This document shows, piece after piece, positions 23,376-32,000 of a stretch of 32,000 bases of DNA. Each line of letters opens with the position of its first letter. Position 1 is the stretch's first letter. Source of the DNA: Candidatus Saccharimonadota bacterium (GTDB taxonomy: Bacteria > Patescibacteriota > Patescibacteriia > 2-12-FULL-60-25); the NCBI GenBank assembly GCA_963718585.1, contig OY970357.1, positions 1,050,001-1,082,000 of the forward strand, written 5' to 3'. A program made the position numbers and the translations under genes. The notes under the pieces were generated by a model. The model worked only from the letters and a program-made list of their open reading frames with translations, did not search any database and had not been told where the DNA came from.

Positions 23376-25102
23376 ACGGGTTTTGTTCTGTTGATCTTCT
23401 TTTCCAGGAGCGCGCGGTTTGCGCCTGCCTGTGGTCCGTCGGCTTTCAGATCGATCCGACCGTACCAGTCACTTCCGATCAGGGCGATCTTCCCGGCATG
23501 GAGCTTTCCTTTCAGCATCGTGGATTCTCCGATCTCGGTCCCATCGGCGACAGCTTTTTCATATCCTTCTTCAGTATACCAGTTACCGGTCTCACCTTTC
23601 CGCAGCAGGGGGCCGTCCTTGCCCATGGACGCAAGCATCTGCGGCGTGACGGCCTCGGGATGATCTATCGCATCATCCAGTTTTTGAAGCATCGCCTGGA
23701 CGCGCGGGTCTTCGAGGAGACCGACTTCCTCAAAAGCGCTTTCGATGTTCCCACGAGACATGACCACAAGCGTCTCGATGTTCGAGGGGTCCATCTCCGC
23801 TTCGTCCCAGCCGTACCCATAGCTTGCCCAGGCATATCCGCCCTGTTCGATGTCCGCATGGAGCGTGATCGCATCAGCCCCCATCTGGTCGTAGACCTCC
23901 AGCGAGCGACGTGTGACTTCCGCCGCAACGCCGCTACCTTTGATGGAGGGGGGGAGCTCAAAGAGTTCATGCTTCACGGTCAGCTCTTCTTTCTTTGTCC
24001 CCTCTTTCGACTCCTTCATCTCTTTTGAAAAAGATCGGTGGATCTGAGCGAATTCATTGGTCGCGTTCCCGTTTTCGTCAATGGTCTCATAACTGAATGC
24101 TGCGTCTACTTGCGATCGGGCGATCCCACCTTCTTCATCAAAGCCGAGATCCACCACGCGTAGGATGTCTTCGTAGTTACCATCGCTGTCTCGGGTGAAG
24201 GTCGTACGCTCTTCAAGTCCCTTATCGTAACCGCGCAGGTCCAGCGTCTTCGCCATGGCGACGCCATGCATACCGAGGGTCTCTTTGATGGCGATGAGAT
24301 TGCGAAGACCGGTCTCTGAACAGAACATCGGGCTTTCTGGGCCGCTGATATTCTCACGAAGTGCGGTCTGTAACTCAAGCATTTCTGTCCGATACGCAGT
24401 GTCCGTGAGCAGGCGTTCGGCAAGCGTCGATCCGATCGATTCAGTGAGTCCGGTCTTGGCGCGATCAAGCAGATGCGCATCAGCACGTGCGAGACGTGAC
24501 AAACGTTCGAGCGTCTCCGCCGGAGTTTGCCCCGCGGCATTCAGTTCGTTTGCGATCTCAAAGATCCGATCTTCCGCCTCCCAGCGTCCTTCCTCGGTCT
24601 TCATCAGTTCGCTGAGCACCGCAGGATCTCCGCGTCCTTCCATGACCTCTTTGATCGCGGCGTTCGTCTGTTCCTTCGGCCCTTCAGGAAGCTCGTTCTT
24701 TGCTTCGATCGTTTCTGGGACCTGTTCGGTCGGAGTGATCGCCACTTCCGGGATCTCCCAATCGAGTTCTTCCTCTGTAGGTGCGGCGGGCTTCTCGTAC
24801 ACGCCAGACACCGCTTCGGGTTTTGCGGGTTCTTGCACAGCGGAGCTGATATCCGCGTTCAGGTCTTCCCACGCACTATCCAGTTCTGCTTCTAGGGTTT
24901 TGAGCTGTTCCGATTCTTCCGGCGTCGCACCGAGGTGATGAAGTTCGGAGGCGATGGTGTCCAAGCCGGATCGCGTATCCGTGATCTGTCGGTCGCCTTC
25001 GCGCAACATCTCGCGTGCGGTCTCACGCGGTGGGATGCGGCGGGACTCGATGCGCTCGAGCATCTGCCCGCGGCGGGATTCCGGACTCACGGTCTGGAGC
25101 AT
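23372..25102 (-). CDS. hypothetical protein (576 aa): acidic helical N-half, C-half with GNAT-like signature
   Basis: No signal peptide. The N-half is E/A/T-rich and helical. The C-half LFELPPSIKGSGVAAEVTRRSLEVYDQMGADAITLHADIEQGGYAWASYGYGWD resembles the GNAT beta4-alpha3-beta5 core ((R/K)GxGxA pyrophosphate loop). That assignment is inference only. Confidence 0.7.
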   Translation of the reverse strand: MLQTVSPESRRGQMLERIESRRIPPRETAREMLREGDRQITDTRSGLDTIASELHHLGATPEESEQLKTLEAELDSAWEDLNADISSAVQEPAKPEAVSGVYEKPAAPTEEELDWEIPEVAITPTEQVPETIEAKNELPEGPKEQTNAAIKEVMEGRGDPAVLSELMKTEEGRWEAEDRIFEIANELNAAGQTPAETLERLSRLARADAHLLDRAKTGLTESIGSTLAERLLTDTAYRTEMLELQTALRENISGPESPMFCSETGLRNLIAIKETLGMHGVAMAKTLDLRGYDKGLEERTTFTRDSDGNYEDILRVVDLGFDEEGGIARSQVDAAFSYETIDENGNATNEFAQIHRSFSKEMKESKEGTKKEELTVKHELFELPPSIKGSGVAAEVTRRSLEVYDQMGADAITLHADIEQGGYAWASYGYGWDEAEMDPSNIETLVVMSRGNIESAFEEVGLLEDPRVQAMLQKLDDAIDHPEAVTPQMLASMGKDGPLLRKGETGNWYTEEGYEKAVADGTEIGESTMLKGKLHAGKIALIGSDWYGRIDLKADGPQAGANRALLEKKINRTKPV

Positions 25103-25105
25103 AGG

Positions 25106-25282
25106 TCAGACGATATCATGTTTGCGATCGCGCGCGCCGTCCTGGATGGTTTGGACCGTGCGGTCCACGTGCTCCAATCGTTGCGTGAATCGTTTCCATG
25201 CTTGCGCGAGGGAATCATGCGCGTCCTGTTCCTGGGCGGTCTTTCGCCAGGCATCACTCGGCGTGAATGGATTGCGCATCAT
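25106..25282 (-). CDS. small helical protein (58 aa), paralog of the upstream small ORF
   Basis: Hand-translated and below the ORF-track cutoff: MMRNPFTPSDAWRKTAQEQDAHDSLAQAWKRFTQRLEHVDRTVQTIQDGARDRKHDIV. The start overlaps the stop of the preceding ORF (ATGA). Its stop lies 3 nt before the 576-aa start. Confidence 0.5.
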   Translation of the reverse strand: MMRNPFTPSDAWRKTAQEQDAHDSLAQAWKRFTQRLEHVDRTVQTIQDGARDRKHDIV

Positions 25283-25443
25283 ACGTCGGAGATCTGTTTG
25301 CGGAGGGCTTCAAGCGCTTTCCGTTGCTTCCGCTCCTCGACTTCGGATAAAAGCGTCTTCGATGCTTTGCGGACACGCGCGACCCGCGTCTGGAATCGTT
25401 TCCAGGCGGCGTCGATCTTCGGAGAAGGGGAGGGTCCGTTCAT
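25279..25443 (-). CDS. small helical protein (54 aa), first gene of the four-gene operon
   Basis: Hand-translated and below the ORF-track cutoff: MNGPSPSPKIDAAWKRFQTRVARVRKASKTLLSEVEERKQRKALEALRKQISDV. It shares the AWKRF motif with the next ORF. Confidence 0.5.
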   Translation of the reverse strand: MNGPSPSPKIDAAWKRFQTRVARVRKASKTLLSEVEERKQRKALEALRKQISDV

Positions 25444-25542
25444 GACCGCAGTGTATCAGGGACCGCGGTCTTTCGTCTCACGACGTACGGTCCAGACCCC
25501 ACGTTGCCGATGAACTCCTCAGGACGATCCATCTTTGGGAGG

Positions 25543-26019
25543 TCACTTATGGTATGTCCGGCCCTCCTGGATCATCCGTGCACGATAGAGCTGTTCCGTG
25601 AGCAGGAGGCGCGCGAGTCCATGCGGGAAGGTCATCTTCCCGAGCGAAAGGAGGGCGGTGGCGCGCTCTTTGACCGCCCCGTCCAAACCCCAGGATCCGC
25701 CGATGGCAAAGACCACGGTACGTGATCCGTGGTCAGTCCAATGGTCAAGTTCAGTGGCAAAGGCTTCGGACGTCCATTCGCGCCCCGTTTCATCCAAGGC
25801 AATGAGGATATCGTCGCGTCCGAGGCCCTTCAGCAGAGCTTCGGCCTCTGCGGCCTTGGCGCGGACGATGTCGGGTTTGGCACTTCCTTTAGAGCCCTCG
25901 GGAAGCTCGATGATCTCCAGCTCCGCAAGAGGAGTGATCCTATCCACATACATATCCACACCAGAGCGGATCCAGGGTTCGCTCAACCGGCCGATCGCAC
26001 GTATTTTTAGTTTCAGCAT
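25543..26019 (-). CDS. rlmH: 23S rRNA (pseudouridine1915-N3)-methyltransferase, SPOUT family
   Basis: MLKLKIRAIGRL...VVFAIGGSWGLDGAVKERATALLSLGKMTFPHGLARLLLTEQLYRARMIQEGRTYHK matches the RlmH C-terminal knot motif. Confidence 0.9.
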   Translation of the reverse strand: MLKLKIRAIGRLSEPWIRSGVDMYVDRITPLAELEIIELPEGSKGSAKPDIVRAKAAEAEALLKGLGRDDILIALDETGREWTSEAFATELDHWTDHGSRTVVFAIGGSWGLDGAVKERATALLSLGKMTFPHGLARLLLTEQLYRARMIQEGRTYHK

Positions 26020-26045
26020 AGAGAAAAACCTAGAAATAAAGGGTC

Positions 26046-26074
26046 TTGACAGGTGTCTTAGCTTCCACTATTAT
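26046..26074 (+). promoter_or_regulatory. strong consensus promoter upstream of the 23S unit
   Basis: TTGACA (26046-26051), 17 nt, then TATTAT (26069-26074), preceded by the A/T-rich stretch agaaataaag. The opposite strand reads TATAAT across 26075..26070, facing rlmH. Confidence 0.7.
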
Positions 26075-26080
26075 AGCCGC

Positions 26081-26229
26081 ACTTCAAACCCACGTCCTCC
26101 CACGCGTATGTGGAAAGAGGACCACTGGAGCGGAAGTGACTCATCCATGAAAGCGAACACATCGCATCAAGGCTAAGCCACCACCCCTCTCCAGAGGACG
26201 GTATCGCTTGGCCTCGCCAAGCGTTTTTT
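26081..26229 (+). ncRNA. candidate ~150-nt small RNA or attenuated rRNA leader
   Basis: Bounded by the consensus promoter above and an intrinsic terminator, CGCTTGGCctcGCCAAGCG plus tttttt (26205-26229). Internal hairpins include cctcccac/gtgg..gagg, gcga-acaca-tcgc and ctggag/ctccag. No ORF. I do not recognise a family. Confidence 0.3.
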
Positions 26230-26525
26230 GACCCATCGAGACTGCCACTGACGAACGACCGAAGCCGTCGCTCCGATCATGACCAGTGTCAGCCTCGTCT
26301 CTGCCCGAAACGGATGACCAGACGTTCTGACCGGACCTCGACAAGTGAATCGCACGATGCCATCACCATGTCCCGTCAGTCGGGACCACTGATCGAATGT
26401 CATACGTGCAAGGCATGAAAATATTAGTGATCCCACGAGCGATCGTGGGATCAACTGCGTAAATTGCAATATCGGCACACACACGCCGCCATCCGGATCA
26501 TGACCCTCGGGTCACGACCCTGGAT

Positions 26526-29833
<3,308 letters not shown>

Positions 29834-29853
29834 TTCCAAGGTGAAGGTGTCAA

Positions 29854-29951
29854 TGATCGCGAGCTCCTCGGGTTTCGCATCGCGGAACGCTCAGCGTACG
29901 TCACAGTACGCCTGCGCATTCCGCTTGCTCCAACCCGTCGGATCTCATCGA
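29854..29951 (+). repeat. structured intergenic repeat, copy C (in the 23S-5S spacer)
   Basis: About 80% identical to copy A over about 97 nt. The core CAGCGTACGTCACAGTACGCC lies at 29892-29912. The stem cgggtt/aacccg covaries with gggct/agccc of copy A. Confidence 0.75.
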
Positions 29952-30096
29952 ACATGGACACCTTCAATATCCGGAAGAAGGCGGACAATGTGTCCGATAA
30001 TGCGAAGCACGCGAAAGAAAGTAAGTAATGCCTTGCACGTACGACCTCCGATCGGGTCGGCCTTCGGAAATTCGCGAAAAAGATTTTTCACGAATT

Positions 30097-30214
30097 TCCG
30101 GTGGCTCAAGCGGCGGTGCTACACCTGTTCCCATTCCGAACACAGCAGTTAAGACCGCCAGCAGCGATGGTACTTGGACCCAACCCGGTCCTGGAAGAGT
30201 AGCCCGTCGCCGGA
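30097..30214 (+). rRNA. rrf: 5S ribosomal RNA
   Basis: TCCGGTGGCTCAAGCGGCGGTGCTACACCTGTTCCCATTCCGAACACAGCAGTTAAGACCGCCAGCAGCGATGGTACTTGG...GAAGAGTAGCCCGTCGCCGGA aligns block-for-block with bacterial 5S (CCGAAC, GATGGTA, GAGAGTAG-like). Confidence 0.92.
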
Positions 30215-30222
30215 CTAAAAAA

Positions 30223-30252
30223 AACACGCCGTTTCCCATGGCGTGTTTTTGT
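30223..30252. terminator. bidirectional intrinsic terminator after 5S
   Basis: aaaaAACACGCCgtttcccatGGCGTGTTtttgttt. It also serves the convergent MazG-like gene. Confidence 0.8.
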
Positions 30253-30546
30253 TTACCGGTTCCGATTGTTTTCGACGAATGTCCGCTGGGTCTCTTTGGC
30301 GAGCGCGATGCATTCCTCCGGGTCGTATCCAAGGTCATTGCACCAGCGGATCATGGAGAAGATGATGTTTCCCATCTCTTTCTTCACCTCTTCCTGCGTA
30401 TGCGTCCCGCGATCTTTGTCTGCCCCGCGTTCCCAACGGCAGAGATCACCGTAGTCCACACCAAGTCGGACAAGGATCTGTCCAAGGGTCAGCCGCTGTT
30501 CTCCCCAAATGGCGCGCGCTTCGGCAAGCAGGGCTTTGATCTCCAT
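30253..30546 (-). CDS. MazG-like nucleotide pyrophosphohydrolase domain protein (97 aa)
   Basis: ORF 30253..30708 trimmed to ATG 30546. LTLGQILVRLGVDYGDLCRWERG...EEVKKEMGNIIFSMIRWCNDLGYDPEECIALA follows the four-helix MazG pattern (E/D-rich helices, and the (I/L)gID-type segment LGYDPEE). Confidence 0.6.
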   Translation of the reverse strand: MEIKALLAEARAIWGEQRLTLGQILVRLGVDYGDLCRWERGADKDRGTHTQEEVKKEMGNIIFSMIRWCNDLGYDPEECIALAKETQRTFVENNRNR

Positions 30547-30826
30547 ATGAGACGAGTATAACACGCGAAACTTTGCTACAATATGCGCATGGCAAAGGCG
30601 AGAATGCCCAAACGGGATCCCTCGAAGCGTGTCCGCTTCCATCGGAAGGAGGATGAGCCCGTGAAGACGGATCTTGAGTATTGGCTGATCCATGCCTTGC
30701 ATTGGCATGCGCTCCTGTTCGCCGTCATTGCCTTTCTTTCCTTCGGCGTTTCAGTTTCCCGGACACGCTTGTGACCCGATCGAGGACCCGCCCTTCGAAC
30801 GAAGGGTTTTGTGTTATCATACGGCC

Positions 30827-31633
30827 ATGAAACGGTGGTATGGTGCCGCGGTTTTCGCATCGATCGGGATCCTCTGGGGAGGTATCGCGCTTGCGGTCGA
30901 TCAGTCGAGCACGAGCTACAAGAATTATGACTCGACCTTTGCGCCGGCGGTCTTCAATGCGTCCTCGGCGAACTATTCACTGTCCGGATCCGTCGACGCG
31001 ATCGTGGGGAAGGGGACAAGCTCCGGGTTTCAGGTGTACAGCGGCGTTCCATTGAAGGACGGCACGACCGCGACGTCTACCCCAACGCCCACACCGACAC
31101 CGACGCCAGGTGGTGGAGGGGGCGGAGGCGGAGGAGGCGGAGGAGGAGCTCCACCGCCCGCCACGACAACGACGCCACCCGTGGTCCCAAGTGGAGCCGC
31201 GGTCGCGCCGACACTCCAGTACCGGACACCGACCTTTCTTTCTCATCAGAGTATCAGCGGATCATACGCCGCAGAGATCACAGAAGTCCTGGTGAATGGG
31301 TCTTCGAATGGCGTGGAAATGCTCTCCAATGGATTTTGGAAGCGCGATCTTCCTCTTTTTGTCGGCTACAATGACATCTATGTGCAGGGAAAGAATGGAA
31401 GCGGGGCAACGTCCACGCTCATTTACGGTCAGATCGAACGGATGCTCGTAGGAGATGCAAGCCGGGAAAAAGGAAAAACATTCCATCATGTCGTCGATGA
31501 TGTGGATCTCTCGCTTTTCACACGCGCGTGGAAGACGTACACTCCGTATGCAGATTTCAATGAAGATAATTTGATCGACGATGCCGATCTCTCGCTGTTG
31601 GTCAGCCATTGGGGCATGACCGCTGACTATTGA
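30827..31633 (+). CDS. secreted protein with Thr/Pro-poly-Gly linker and C-terminal dockerin-like module (268 aa)
   Basis: ORF trimmed to ATG 30827. Signal/anchor MKRWYGAAVFASIGILWGGIALA. Linker TSTPTPTPTPTPGGGGGGGGGGGGGAPPPATTTTPP. The C-terminus DFNEDNLIDDADLSLLVSHWG is a canonical DxNxDxxIDxxDLxLL dockerin repeat, preceded by the degenerate repeat VVDDVDLSLFTRAW. Confidence 0.75.
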   Translation: MKRWYGAAVFASIGILWGGIALAVDQSSTSYKNYDSTFAPAVFNASSANYSLSGSVDAIVGKGTSSGFQVYSGVPLKDGTTATSTPTPTPTPTPGGGGGGGGGGGGGAPPPATTTTPPVVPSGAAVAPTLQYRTPTFLSHQSISGSYAAEITEVLVNGSSNGVEMLSNGFWKRDLPLFVGYNDIYVQGKNGSGATSTLIYGQIERMLVGDASREKGKTFHHVVDDVDLSLFTRAWKTYTPYADFNEDNLIDDADLSLLVSHWGMTADY

Positions 31634-31635
31634 CC

Positions 31636-32000
31636 ATGAAACGCACCCTTATCGCCATCCTTTGCAGCGCGATCCTGTTCCCGTGGCAGGCCGCGCTCGC
31701 AGCAGCCAACGTCGCGCCCACCGGACCGACGACGGTGAACGTCGGTCAGACCTTCAATGTGTATGTCACCGTATCCGGCGCCAAAGATGTTGATACCATT
31801 CGCTTGAACGGTTCCTATACGCAGGACCTGCTTCAATGGAAAGGCGCCAGTCCGGCAGGGGTGTTCCAGAATGTTTCCCCTGGGACGTACGTCGATCAGG
31901 CGACAGGCATCTATTCTTTTGGTGCGTTCACCTTGAGTTCAAAGGCAAATGGGACCGCGCGGATCGCGGTTTTGACGTTCAAGGCGATCAAGGCCGGAAC
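31636..32000 (+). CDS. secreted cohesin-like domain protein, N-terminal fragment (runs off window end)
   Basis: ATG lies 2 nt after the upstream stop. Signal peptide MKRTLIAILCSAILFPWQAALAAA. This is followed by VNVGQTFNVYVTVSGAKDVDTIRLNGSYTQDLLQW...GIYSFGAFTLSSKANGTARIAVLTFKAIKAG, which shows cohesin-type beta-sandwich patterning. Confidence 0.6.
   Translation, partial: MKRTLIAILCSAILFPWQAALAAANVAPTGPTTVNVGQTFNVYVTVSGAKDVDTIRLNGSYTQDLLQWKGASPAGVFQNVSPGTYVDQATGIYSFGAFTLSSKANGTARIAVLTFKAIKAG

Noticed and set aside
23195-25513. Plus-strand ORFs 23195..24028, 24255..24938, 24935..25513 and 24954..25445
   Set aside because: They are antisense to the tightly coupled minus-strand operon. The translations are Ser/Arg-rich low-complexity sequence. 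The minus-strand frames give coherent proteins with coupled starts and stops.
29841-30561. ORFs 29841..30152, 29964..30338 and 30028..30561
   Set aside because: They overlap the 23S-5S spacer repeat, the 5S rRNA and its terminator, so they are not plausible coding sequence.
30583-30774. 63-aa plus-strand ORF (possible single-TM mini-protein) as an annotated CDS
   Set aside because: The only support is promoter proximity and one hydrophobic stretch. There is no RBS and no recognisable family. It is kept as a hypothesis in the findings rather than as a feature.

Overview
This is a GC-rich bacterial chromosomal segment made mostly of short, separately promoted and terminated transcription units. 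The order is as follows.

- **1-4223:** a partial membrane protein and a lipoprotein, a divergent CopA-type Cu(I) P-type ATPase, and a convergent His/Met-rich small lipoprotein.
- **4269-4511:** a sharply AT-rich control region packed with nested palindromes.
- **4512-7409:** an Fe-S assembly operon: Rrf2 regulator, NifS, a NifU split into two genes, and a ferredoxin.
- **7460-12733:** a cNMP-domain-like coiled-coil protein, a Trm11/UPF0020-type methyltransferase and an 856-aa membrane-anchored coiled-coil protein.
- **12927-16523:** rpsF-ssb-rpsR, then epmA, an unknown gene and efp.
- **16709-20454:** a 262-aa unknown, a translationally coupled DapA-family aldolase plus heme-oxygenase-like (PF14518-type) protein, and an APH-fold kinase-like protein.
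- **20524-23033:** a secreted protein, tRNA-Leu(UAG) and a sirtuin.
- **23070-25443:** a tightly packed four-gene minus-strand operon of unknown function. It includes two small paralogous ORFs that fall below the ORF-track cutoff.
- **25543-30214:** rlmH, then a 23S-5S rRNA unit with no 16S upstream. The 23S carries an ORF-less group I intron at the E. coli U1931-equivalent site.
- **30253-32000:** a MazG-like gene and an adjacent dockerin-like / cohesin-like secreted gene pair.

Notable non-coding structure includes a roughly 100-nt structured repeat family with three copies. There is also a promoter-to-terminator bounded RNA of about 150 nt upstream of the 23S, and a recurrent TTGAC(G/A)-N17 promoter pattern with several near-leaderless genes.

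No CRISPR array, transposase or integrase is visible. The 23S intron, unlinked 16S, dockerin/cohesin pair and many unknown secreted proteins suggest a CPR/Patescibacteria-like organism. That is inference only.
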